The notes beneath the pieces are model-generated. The model did no database searches and had not been told where the DNA came from. It worked only from the letters and a program-made list of their open reading frames with translations. A stretch of DNA of 64,000 nucleotides from Parachlamydiales bacterium (lineage in GTDB: Bacteria > Chlamydiota > Chlamydiia > Chlamydiales > SM23-39), in assembly GCA_050302075.1 (NCBI GenBank), contig JBNLAH010000002.1, forward strand, positions 96,001 to 160,000, read 5' to 3'. Of this stretch, positions 1-9,239 are shown in pieces. The translations under genes were made by a program, and so were the position numbers. The first letter of the stretch is position 1; the number at the start of each line of letters is the position of its first letter.

Positions 1-18
1 TATCTTACTAGTTATTTT

Positions 19-1146
19 TCATCTGTCAAAAAAATTTGCAAGATCGCTGCTTTTTATTGAATCGATTATGTAATCTCTAATGTATTGTAATGTTCCCCAT
101 GTATTTCGTGGATAATGAGTAAGTGTTTGACTTTTCCCAGGAATTGATGGAAAAAATTCAGGAGAAGCTAAACTTGAAGAGAAGGGGATAATTTCAGCAT
201 GGAACTTTTCAGAACTTGAGGGCACAACCTCGTCCTTAGAGTTTGCTGCCTGTTTTGCTCTAAGATCTCTATAATAATAATACCGATGGTCAGATCTATA
301 AGCTTTATTTAAATAGTCATTAATTTGCTCAGGAACATTTTCTCCTTCAAAGTTAAAAAGACCTATGTACGGATCAAAAATGAAAGCTTCAGCATCGGAT
401 ATTTTTACTAGAGACATTGTATGGAAGCCATAACTGTTAAATATTCTAATGATATGAGGCTCGTTAGCTAGTTTTCTGATGTCATTTATATTTTTATAAA
501 CCACTGTCCCATTTTTTAATTTTGATTTTTTGTCGTCCGGAATTAAAGATAAAAGATGAGGACTAAACTGCTGGTAAAATTTATTTGTACTTCTAGAAGT
601 AAAAATTGATCCAAATTTAAGATGAATACTTCTAGCTTCCTTAGGTCCTCCTTTTACAAATATATTTGCAATCTTTACTAGAAGTTCTTTTAGTGGAATA
701 TCCGCTTTATTAATTAAAGTCGTGAAGAGGTAATTAAAGTATAAAGAAGATCCAGCACAAACACCAGAAATGCCTTCATTGAATAATTCATCTGAAGTCA
801 TTTCTTGGGGTTTGTTCATTGTTCTAACAAGAGGTTTTAGTGAGCTGTCAGATGCAGCATAGGAAGTTAAGGTATCTAGAAAGTTTAATAAATTACTTGA
901 GATAGTTTTAAGCCCAACTTTATAAGTTAGATAGGTTGTTAGGCTAATAGATAAACTGATAGGGATTAATACAAGTTTTGAAATGGGAGAGACAATTAAT
1001 GAAAAACGTTCTTTAGCGAGATGTCTGTGGAAAAAGTCTCTGCTTTCAAATATTTTAAATATATTGGGAATATTGGTTAGCTTTTTTTCTTCTAAATGTT
1101 GAGATAAAGAAGTCATTGATATTGGGGCTAGACTAGATATAGACAT
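19..1146 (-). CDS. YopT/AvrPphB-like (peptidase C58) cysteine protease, candidate secreted effector
   Basis: Cys-His-Asp triad in C58 order and context: GVCAGSS ... FHTMSL ... FIFDPYIG; Ser-rich N-terminus, no Sec signal. Confidence 0.65.
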   Translation of the reverse strand: MSISSLAPISMTSLSQHLEEKKLTNIPNIFKIFESRDFFHRHLAKERFSLIVSPISKLVLIPISLSISLTTYLTYKVGLKTISSNLLNFLDTLTSYAASDSSLKPLVRTMNKPQEMTSDELFNEGISGVCAGSSLYFNYLFTTLINKADIPLKELLVKIANIFVKGGPKEARSIHLKFGSIFTSRSTNKFYQQFSPHLLSLIPDDKKSKLKNGTVVYKNINDIRKLANEPHIIRIFNSYGFHTMSLVKISDAEAFIFDPYIGLFNFEGENVPEQINDYLNKAYRSDHRYYYYRDLRAKQAANSKDEVVPSSSEKFHAEIIPFSSSLASPEFFPSIPGKSQTLTHYPRNTWGTLQYIRDYIIDSIKSSDLANFFDR

Positions 1147-1266
1147 TAATAAAGTTCCTTAAACTGTTTAATTGTTAATAAGTGATAATAATTTCTATTT
1201 TATCTCTTTAAAACCATATTAACCATGGAATGGATAATATATAGTAGTGGCTTCATAAAGCTATTC

Positions 1267-1935
1267 TTAATAAGAAAAAGATAATCCAGCTCCAAATTGA
1301 AATCCTCCAAAGTATCTTTTTATTCTTATATTACTGTATTTATCTATATAACTTTTTCTTCCGTAAATAAAATTAGTAAACAAATCGAGGGAAAAATTTT
1401 CGTATACATGGATGAGTAAGCCAGCCCCAGATGTAGCTCCAAAGGTATATTTGAACACCCCATGTTTAAAATATATGTAATCACTGTTTTCTTTAAGACC
1501 TATCCAATTGGGCGCAGCCTTTATGTATAATGACAAGTTAGATTTAATGGGAAAAATTCCCTTTAGTCCTAAAGAAAAGGGTATCATTTGAAGAGAAACT
1601 AGTATGTGGCTTGGTATTGAATAACCTTTTGCACGAAGATAGCCTAACTCAGCAAAGAAATAAAGAGGCATAACAATAGAAAAATCAACTTCTGTACTAA
1701 TCATAAAATCACCGTTTCCCAGAATTTTTCTAAAGGTTTTGTCTTGGAAAAGTAAATATGATGGTTTGATTTTCCATGAGTTATTTAAATTGCATGGTTT
1801 TTCTGTTATGGAACTCTTTTGCCTTACACTCCTTTGATTTGTATTAATTTCTCTTCCATAAAAATCATGTGTGAAAAAAATATTAAGCAAAAGAAAAATA
1901 CATAATTTATCTGTAGTAATAAGGCTATTAATCAT
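1267..1935 (-). CDS. Small outer-membrane beta-barrel protein
   Basis: N-terminal hydrophobic signal-like segment, amphipathic beta-strands, C-terminal GAGLSFSY beta-signal; ATGA overlap with upstream gene. Confidence 0.7.
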   Translation of the reverse strand: MINSLITTDKLCIFLLLNIFFTHDFYGREINTNQRSVRQKSSITEKPCNLNNSWKIKPSYLLFQDKTFRKILGNGDFMISTEVDFSIVMPLYFFAELGYLRAKGYSIPSHILVSLQMIPFSLGLKGIFPIKSNLSLYIKAAPNWIGLKENSDYIYFKHGVFKYTFGATSGAGLLIHVYENFSLDLFTNFIYGRKSYIDKYSNIRIKRYFGGFQFGAGLSFSY

Positions 1936-3485
1936 TCTATAGTCACAATAGCTGGTTCCGATTCTTCTCCTGATTCATTAGTCCATGTAACATAATAAGT
2001 TTTTGATACACCACTATTTTGTAAGTGATCAACAAAATATACGGTAGAATTTGTAGCTGAAAGAGTTTCTATAGGATTTGTAAGTGAACTATTATCATAA
2101 AGCTTATATGTACCAGGCTCTGATATAGGATTGCAAGTGATAACGTTTTGAAGATCTATACGTAAAGGAAAAATTTCTTTCTTCTTAGATCCAGAAATTG
2201 TAGGTGCTGGAGGTAAATTTAGCTCATAAGATATTTGTATTCTTGTGTTACTTCCATCTGATCTAGACCAAACAACAATCGCATTTCCTGAACTGTCCAT
2301 AGAGATATCTGGAATTATAGCAATAAACTCTAGATCTGATAGAGTATCTAGAGGACTCCATGTGACGCCAAAATCTGAAGAATCAGTACTAACTATTCCA
2401 GTGTCGGTTCCCACTGATTGTTGAAAAACAGCAATAGCAAGCGAGTCATTAATTGCGATTCTAGGCCTTATGGCAGATTCTCCTGTGTCAGATATAGCAG
2501 ATGGCGAAGACCAAGAAGCTCCAAAATCAGAAGAATACGTAGCTTGAATGTCATAATCAGGAAAACTATTCAGTTGGCGCCATAGTGCGATAACATTTCC
2601 AGATGAGTTCATTGCAATTCGAGGATCTTGAACAGTTTCACCTATATTAGAAAGAGTTTGAACTGAAGACCAAGAAACTCCATAATCTGAGGAGTAAGCC
2701 GTTTGTACTGTATCGTTAGTTTGTTGACGCCAGAGCGCAACAGAGTTTCCATTTTCGTCTAACGTTATTTGAGGAAACTCAGAATTATTTGTAGCTTCTG
2801 ATATGGTTAAAGCTGGTGACCAAGAAACTCCGGCGTTGGAAGAATAGGATCTTACAATAGTACTAAATGCTCCGCTTTGTTGCCAAACAGCAATAGCATT
2901 ACCTGTAGAGTCTAGTACAATTTTTGGTGAAAATGAAGATGTTGAAGATATAAACACACCAGGAGACCAGGTTGTTCCATAGTCTGATGAATAGGATACT
3001 TTTATCCGAGCACTTCCTGAAATCTCTCTCCAAACAATTATCGCATTTCCAAGCGAGTTTATTACTACTTCCGGATCTAAAGCAAAACCTGCAGAAAGCG
3101 TTTGTGGTGAAGACCAGGTGGCTCCATAATCAGAAGAAGACACTGTCTGCACTGTGTTACCAGATCTCCAAACAGCAACAGCATGACCTAAAGTATCCAT
3201 AGCAATTTGAGGTGTCTGATTATTTACTCCTGTCTGAGAGATAATCTGAGGTGATGACCAAGATTCACCATAATCTGTTGTATGAGAAGCTAAAATATTG
3301 AAATTTGCCCCATCTTGTTGTCTCCAGACACAAATAGCATTGCCTGATTCATCCATATCAATTTGAGGCGTTTCAGAGTTGAAACCAGCATCAGATATAG
3401 TTATAGGAGAAGACCACTCAAGTTGGGCCCAAAGGCTTTGAAAACATGTTATAAAAAAAGTAAATATAAAAAAAAATAATCTCAT
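1932..3485 (-). CDS. Secreted BNR/Asp-box repeat (sialidase-like beta-propeller) protein with C-terminal FN3-like domain
   Basis: Signal peptide; 8 repeats of about 45-50 aa, 7 with SxDxGxxWS-like boxes; C-terminal YYVTWTNESGEESEP segment. Confidence 0.8.
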   Translation of the reverse strand: MRLFFFIFTFFITCFQSLWAQLEWSSPITISDAGFNSETPQIDMDESGNAICVWRQQDGANFNILASHTTDYGESWSSPQIISQTGVNNQTPQIAMDTLGHAVAVWRSGNTVQTVSSSDYGATWSSPQTLSAGFALDPEVVINSLGNAIIVWREISGSARIKVSYSSDYGTTWSPGVFISSTSSFSPKIVLDSTGNAIAVWQQSGAFSTIVRSYSSNAGVSWSPALTISEATNNSEFPQITLDENGNSVALWRQQTNDTVQTAYSSDYGVSWSSVQTLSNIGETVQDPRIAMNSSGNVIALWRQLNSFPDYDIQATYSSDFGASWSSPSAISDTGESAIRPRIAINDSLAIAVFQQSVGTDTGIVSTDSSDFGVTWSPLDTLSDLEFIAIIPDISMDSSGNAIVVWSRSDGSNTRIQISYELNLPPAPTISGSKKKEIFPLRIDLQNVITCNPISEPGTYKLYDNSSLTNPIETLSATNSTVYFVDHLQNSGVSKTYYVTWTNESGEESEPAIVTIE

Positions 3486-3823
3486 AATGATGTCTCTTTA
3501 ATCTTTATGCTTTTAAACGATGAACAAGTTTGCATGGCATATGTTACCGGTTTACAGCTTGTTAACTTTAGATAAATTTCTGACTATTTAAAAAAAATAT
3601 ATCATCAAATGTTAAGTATTTTTTTTCAATAATTGTTTAGCAGTCTTATTAGCTTTAGGTTTAGATATCTACCTAAAGTGTTATGTATAAGTTCAATAAG
3701 GTAGATATTTTTTTAGAATTGATTAAGATAATTTTAAGTAGGTTTAATATTTTTTTAAAAAAAAATATTGAAAATTATTTTTCTTACATCGATTTTATGA
3801 TTCATAAGTCAAGGGGTTTTCTT

Positions 3824-4663
3824 ATGCTTTTTAAATTTCTATTTTTATTTTTGTGTTGTTTATTACATAGCGATGAAGTTTCACCATTTAAAGCACAGGA
3901 TGAATATAGAAATTACACTGAAAATGCTTCTTTTAAGATAAAAGAATTTTATTATCTAAACCATACAATGCAAACGGTGGGTTTTGTCATAGAAAAAAAG
4001 AAAACGTATTTACCTCTTTGCCATGGAAAAATGGGTATCTGGGAAGCTATGAGACTTTTAGATGAAATAGTAGATGAAAGTGATCCAGACCTTCATTTAA
4101 ATCAAACTACTCATGCATTTCAAACTGCTGAAGCGATCAGAAGAGATGGGCATCCTAGATGGCTAATCCTGGTAGGCCTGATTCATGACTTGGGAAAGCT
4201 TTTAACTGTTTTTGGAGAGCCCCAATGGGCGGTTGTAGGAGATACCTTTCCTGTTGGATGTAAATTTTCTGATCGGGTGGTTTTTCCTGAATACTTTCGA
4301 GAAAATACTGATTACTTGATTCCTGAGTATCAGACTAAATGTGGTATTTATACTCCTCACTGTGGGCTGGATGCTCTACTTATGTCTTGGGGACACGATG
4401 AATATTTATACCAAGTTACAAAGGGCTATCTTCCTAATGAGGCTAGCTATATTATTCGTTACCACTCTTTTTATGCACTGCATCGAGAAGGAGCATATAC
4501 TCATTTAACAAATGAGTATGATCAATCTATGCTTCCATGGCTAAAGCTTTTTAGCCAGTATGATCTTTATTCAAAAGTGAATGAATCGTTAGATATTGAA
4601 GAGATTAAGCCATTTTATGAAGAACTGGTTCGAGAGTACTTCCCAGAAGACTTACATTGGTGA
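3824..4663 (+). CDS. myo-inositol oxygenase (MIOX, HD-domain di-iron enzyme)
   Basis: YRNY, VDESDPD, HAFQTAEAIR, LIHDLGK, PQWAVVGDTFPVGC, MSWGHDEYLY, IRYHSFY, DLYSK motifs; start placed at ATG 3824 after AAGGGG (ORF open from 3683). Confidence 0.92.
   Translation: MLFKFLFLFLCCLLHSDEVSPFKAQDEYRNYTENASFKIKEFYYLNHTMQTVGFVIEKKKTYLPLCHGKMGIWEAMRLLDEIVDESDPDLHLNQTTHAFQTAEAIRRDGHPRWLILVGLIHDLGKLLTVFGEPQWAVVGDTFPVGCKFSDRVVFPEYFRENTDYLIPEYQTKCGIYTPHCGLDALLMSWGHDEYLYQVTKGYLPNEASYIIRYHSFYALHREGAYTHLTNEYDQSMLPWLKLFSQYDLYSKVNESLDIEEIKPFYEELVREYFPEDLHW
4564..4663 (+). repeat. 100-bp direct repeat, copy 1 (3' end of MIOX)
   Basis: Aligns without gaps to 6069-6168, 12 mismatches by hand count. Confidence 0.95.
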
Positions 4664-4688
4664 GAATTTATAAAAGAAAATTAAATAT

Positions 4689-5855
4689 TCATTTTTTTGT
4701 AGCTTTGACTAAAACACCATCGTGATCTGTAACAAATTTTTTGTTATTCTTTAATCTAGGTCTTATTGTTTCAGCTACCCAATTATACTTTTCATTATTA
4801 CCTAAACTTAGGAAGGCAGCATCTATTACTTCTTTGGGTTTTGTGCGGCCCCTAATATTTCCACCTTGCTCAAATGTCACTCTAGTGGTTTTAGTATATG
4901 GAGAAACTAAGCTTGTAAGTTTTGTGTTATTTGCAAATTTTTTTAGCTTTTCAATATCATTTTGGTATTCATAATTCATATCTCCACCTATAAGAGCTGT
5001 CTCTCCTTCAACAAGTTTTTCAAAAATATGATTGAATTGTGCGTCTCTTGATTCTTGGTCTTTTTTCCGGTTTCCGTAATTTAAATGAGTAGATGCAATA
5101 GTAGTTATTTTTTGATTTTGTTCATCCATAAGATCAAAGATCATACAGCCTTGCAAAGCTCCTAAATGCACACCCGATCTGTGTTTTAAAGGATATGGTA
5201 CAAACTTACGCTTACCAATTTTCATCTTGGAAGCTACAAAAAGTCCTGAATTGATACAAATAGGATGAGTTGGAATATCAGTAATAAAATAAGAATATCC
5301 TTTTTTCTTGAGCTTTTCTTTTAATTTGTCGATAGCAGATAGGTCGTGAACTTCTGAAAAGCATAGAACATCAGGAGCATTACAGTCGTTTTTTACGAAA
5401 TCAACAATAGCATCTACCCTTGATGAATAAGTTTTATCAAATCTTTCATGAAGAGAAGTAACTTCCCCGGTAAGTGCAGCAAAAGGCCCACCTTGAAGAC
5501 AAACATTTAAGAAAAGAACAGAAAAATTAGTCTTTTCGTGAGCTTTACTATCTTCATTTTTGTCTTTTATCTCATGATTTTCAGTAGTTGTAAACTGTAT
5601 AGGGTTAAAATGTAGCAGGTGCGATATAGTAAATAGCGCTGTAGCTAATGGAAAACTAACAATGACTGCAGGCAGAGCTATAGCTGCACTAAAGCATGAT
5701 CTAATTCTTTTGAAGAGTTCAGCAGAATAAGAATCTTCATATCCATGCTGATTATATTTAAATGGACGGGAAACTCGTTCTACTGAATGCCCTAATATTC
5801 TAGCTGGATAATAAAGCCAGTATCCACCCCTTGCTAAAACTTCATCCAAGCCCAT
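4689..5855 (-). CDS. Endonuclease/exonuclease/phosphatase (EEP) family protein, sphingomyelinase-like
   Basis: FLNV, DVLCFSEV, NSGLFVAS, STHL, GGDMN, IDAAF, TDHDGV motifs; N-terminal hydrophobic segment. Confidence 0.85.
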   Translation of the reverse strand: MGLDEVLARGGYWLYYPARILGHSVERVSRPFKYNQHGYEDSYSAELFKRIRSCFSAAIALPAVIVSFPLATALFTISHLLHFNPIQFTTTENHEIKDKNEDSKAHEKTNFSVLFLNVCLQGGPFAALTGEVTSLHERFDKTYSSRVDAIVDFVKNDCNAPDVLCFSEVHDLSAIDKLKEKLKKKGYSYFITDIPTHPICINSGLFVASKMKIGKRKFVPYPLKHRSGVHLGALQGCMIFDLMDEQNQKITTIASTHLNYGNRKKDQESRDAQFNHIFEKLVEGETALIGGDMNYEYQNDIEKLKKFANNTKLTSLVSPYTKTTRVTFEQGGNIRGRTKPKEVIDAAFLSLGNNEKYNWVAETIRPRLKNNKKFVTDHDGVLVKATKK

Positions 5856-6068
5856 ATAACTTCCTTATACGTTTAAAAGGAAGGTATTTTAACACAGATA
5901 ATTTATAGAAAGTAGCTTTTTATGTAGTTATTTAAAATCAGTTTATTAATGAGTGCATAAGTTATTATTTATTAAACATTTACTTAATTACTTTAATTTA
6001 AAGAACTCTTTTCCCTTGTTTTTAGTAGTTCTGCAGGCTGGCATCATGAGGTTTTTTTATCAAATTCT

Positions 6069-6168
6069 TCTTTATTCAAAAGTGAATGAACCGTTAGATA
6101 TTGAAGAGGTTAAGCCATTTTATGAGGAACTGGTTCGAGAGTTTTTCCCCAAAAATTTGAGTTGGTGA
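6069..6168 (+). pseudogene. Duplicated MIOX 3' fragment (direct repeat copy 2)
   Basis: Encodes LYSKVNEPLDIEEVKPFYEELVREFFPKNLSW*, matching the MIOX C-terminus LYSKVNESLDIEEIKPFYEELVREYFPEDLHW*. Confidence 0.9.
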
Positions 6169-6218
6169 AATAATTTTCTTTCTCTATTCTAGCTAAGAGT
6201 TTTAAAAAGGTCTGTTAA

Positions 6219-6650
6219 ATGAAGTTTGATCATAATGCACTTGAGCTAAATGGAGATATGAAGCTTGTTTATACAGCAATGTCAAAGCATTTGTTTTATT
6301 ATCGGATGTATATTTCTCAATTTGTTATTGAAAAGGGTAAGGTACCCTTAAATCCTTTTATGATATTTGATTATTTTCTTCTAGACACTGTTGATCGAGA
6401 TCTTGTTCGCAAATCCAATAATTCTCTTGTATTGAGATCTGATGAAATTTGGGTATTTGACGCTATATCAAATGGAGTTCTATCTGAAATTCTAATAGCT
6501 CAAAAAGCCAATAAGTGTATCCGGTATTTTCAAATCGAGAAACCTCATAATATTGTTCCGTTAGACATTATGGATATTAAGATGGAAGATGAAGTAAAAA
6601 ATTTTAGGCATTTGATTTATTCGAATGAAACAAAAAAAATTACTTCTTAA
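6219..6650 (+). CDS. Hypothetical protein, possibly nucleoside 2-deoxyribosyltransferase/DUF4406-like fold
   Basis: LVYTAM ... VPLNPF ... SDEIWVF ... ISNGVLSEI pattern. Confidence 0.5.
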   Translation: MKFDHNALELNGDMKLVYTAMSKHLFYYRMYISQFVIEKGKVPLNPFMIFDYFLLDTVDRDLVRKSNNSLVLRSDEIWVFDAISNGVLSEILIAQKANKCIRYFQIEKPHNIVPLDIMDIKMEDEVKNFRHLIYSNETKKITS

Positions 6651-6691
6651 AAATTGGTGTTATCAGAATCTATTTAGATTTTTTCCTTGTT

Positions 6692-9103
6692 TTAACGAGA
6701 CTTTTCATGCTCTGAGATGACAAGTCTAGTTCGCATTACTGCATCTGGGCTTAAACTAATGCTATCAATCCCGCAGTCCACAAGAAATTTTGTAAATTCA
6801 GGATAAGTAGATGGTGCATCTCCACATATGCCTATTTTACGTTTTCGTTTTTTTGCAGTGGTTATTATTAGTTTTATCATTCTTTTAACAGCGTCATTTC
6901 TTTCATCAAAGATATCAGATACAAGTGAGCTGTCACGATCGACAGCTAAGACCATTTGGGTAAGATCATTACTGCCGATACTAAATCCATCAAATATATC
7001 ACTAAATTGATCAGCCAGGATTATGTTGCTGGGTATTTCACACATTACATAAACCTCGAGCTTATTTTTACCCTTTTCAAGTCCGCTTTCCTTCATAACT
7101 TGAAGGACTTTTTTCCCTTCTTCAATGGTCCTACAGACTGGTATCATGACTTTTAGGTTTTTTAGGCCAAATTCTTCTCGAGCTTTTTTAATGGCTTTGC
7201 ATTCTAACTCAAATCCTTCTTTATAGCCTTTTTTATAATAGCGGGATGCTCCACGCCATCCAAGCATGGGGTTTTCTTCTTTAGGTTCAAAATATTCACC
7301 TCCAATAAGGTTTACATATTCGTTAGTTTTGAAGTCACTAAACCTTAAGATTACATCTTTTGGATAAAAAGCAGCTGCTATAATAGATACTCCCATAGCA
7401 AGCTTATCTATAAAAAATTGTTTTTTATCAGTATAGCCAACTGTTAGTTCGTTGATCTTTTTTTTGATTTTAGGATCTTTGATTTTATGAAACTTGATAA
7501 GTGCCATTGGGTGGATTTTGATATGCTCATTGATAATAAACTCTTCTCTAGCAAGTCCAACTCCATCATTCGGTAGAAAACTCAAAGTAAAAGCCTCATC
7601 AGGATACCCAATATTGATCATGACTTTGGTTTTGGGATTTGAGGATTTTCTAAGGTCAATTTTTTTTATGTTAAATTTTAGAAACTTATCATAGATGAAT
7701 CCCTTTTCCTGAGTACAGTCCACTGTGATAGGGGTTTTGTTCTTAATAACGTGTGTTGCATTATTAGTGCCAACGATGCAAGGAAGACCAAGTTCTCGAC
7801 TTACTATAGCTGCGTGAGATGTTCTGCCACCTCTATTTGTTACAATTGCTTTTGCTTTTCGCATGATAGGAACCCAATCGGGATCAGTCATGTCTGTAAT
7901 AAGAATTTCACCCGCTTTAAAAGCTGCTGCGTTTTTGACATCATGAATAATATGTGCATTGCCACAGCTAATTTTTTTCCCAATGCTTTTGCCTGTTGTT
8001 AAGACCTTTCCTTTTTGAACAAGTTTATATTCCTCGACAATATGGAGATCTTTTCTTGATTGGACTGTTTCAGGGCGAGCTTGTACTATATATAGTTTTC
8101 CTGTTTTGCCGTCTTTTGCCCACTCTATATCCATCGGTGTCCATCTTTTATTTTTCTTACTATAATAATCTTCAATGTCGATCGACCATTTGGCAAGTTG
8201 TAGGATTTCAGGGTCACTGATGCAGAAATTTTCTCGTTCTTTTGAAGATGTTTTTATTCTTTTAATTGGAGGGCTTTCTCCTTTTTTGGAATAAATGATT
8301 TTGCTCTCTTTACTTCCAATAGCCTTGTTTATTATGGGGTGATATCCCTTTTTTAAAGTTGGCTTAAATACATAAAATTCATCTGGATTTACTGTTCCTT
8401 GGACAATGTTTTCTCCAAGTCCATAGCTTCCAGTTATGGTAACAATATTCGAAAAACCAGTTTCTGTATCGAGAGTAAAAATTACACCTGCACTTCCTAA
8501 ATCAGAGCGAATCATTTTTTGTACTCCAATTGAAAGATATGTTTTTAAATGATCTATTTTGTTTTCACAGCGATATGCAATTGCACGGTCTGTAAAAAGT
8601 GATGCGAAGCATTTTTTACAGGCTTGAAGTAAAGACTTTTCGCCTGAAATATTTAAGTAAGTCTCTTGCTGACCTGCGAAGCTTGCTGTCGGCAAATCTT
8701 CAGCTGTAGCTGAAGAGCGCACTGCTACATCTATATTTTTTGTTTTATACCTTGCTGATAGTTTTCTATATGCTTCGGAAATAGAGTCTTGTAAATCTTC
8801 AGGAAACTTACAGCTCATAATGAGTTTTCTTGCTTTTTGTCCAACTTTCTTTAATTCAGTTGTCTTAGAGGGATCAAGATTATGAAGTAATTTTCTTAAG
8901 ATTTTAAATATACCATGTTTTTCAAGAACATATTTGTAAGAATAAGAAGTGATAGAGAACCCATCAGGAATAGGTACTTTTTTTTTCTTTAAGCCTTGTT
9001 TCATTTCACCTAAAGAAGCGTTTTTACCGCCAACAAGATCTATGTCTTTCATGCCTATTTCACGAAACCACAAGATGTATGGTTCTGAAGCTTTTCTTTT
9101 CAT
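6692..9103 (-). CDS. ppsA: Phosphoenolpyruvate synthase
   Basis: VGGKNASLGEM, AVRSSATAEDLPTASFAGQQETYLN, GGRTSHAAIVSRELG (phospho-His), FSIGSNDLTQ. Confidence 0.97.
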   Translation of the reverse strand: MKRKASEPYILWFREIGMKDIDLVGGKNASLGEMKQGLKKKKVPIPDGFSITSYSYKYVLEKHGIFKILRKLLHNLDPSKTTELKKVGQKARKLIMSCKFPEDLQDSISEAYRKLSARYKTKNIDVAVRSSATAEDLPTASFAGQQETYLNISGEKSLLQACKKCFASLFTDRAIAYRCENKIDHLKTYLSIGVQKMIRSDLGSAGVIFTLDTETGFSNIVTITGSYGLGENIVQGTVNPDEFYVFKPTLKKGYHPIINKAIGSKESKIIYSKKGESPPIKRIKTSSKERENFCISDPEILQLAKWSIDIEDYYSKKNKRWTPMDIEWAKDGKTGKLYIVQARPETVQSRKDLHIVEEYKLVQKGKVLTTGKSIGKKISCGNAHIIHDVKNAAAFKAGEILITDMTDPDWVPIMRKAKAIVTNRGGRTSHAAIVSRELGLPCIVGTNNATHVIKNKTPITVDCTQEKGFIYDKFLKFNIKKIDLRKSSNPKTKVMINIGYPDEAFTLSFLPNDGVGLAREEFIINEHIKIHPMALIKFHKIKDPKIKKKINELTVGYTDKKQFFIDKLAMGVSIIAAAFYPKDVILRFSDFKTNEYVNLIGGEYFEPKEENPMLGWRGASRYYKKGYKEGFELECKAIKKAREEFGLKNLKVMIPVCRTIEEGKKVLQVMKESGLEKGKNKLEVYVMCEIPSNIILADQFSDIFDGFSIGSNDLTQMVLAVDRDSSLVSDIFDERNDAVKRMIKLIITTAKKRKRKIGICGDAPSTYPEFTKFLVDCGIDSISLSPDAVMRTRLVISEHEKSR

Positions 9104-9239
9104 AGCAATTTATTCGGTTTTTATTTTTGCATAGCTATTTAACAAGATATTGTCAATTCATACTGATTTATGAACAAAAACCGTTTTTTTTATAAAAAAA
9201 AGATTCTAACCTTAGGCTAATTGCAAATAAGGTATTTTC

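Noticed and set aside
1932..3485. Repeats as CRISPR array, or protein as a true sialidase
   Set aside because: Repeats are degenerate in-frame protein repeats; no FRIP or arginine-triad catalytic motifs seen
5953..6168. 71-aa ORF as an independent gene
   Set aside because: Only the last 32 codons are meaningful (MIOX duplicate); the rest is AT-rich intergenic read-through
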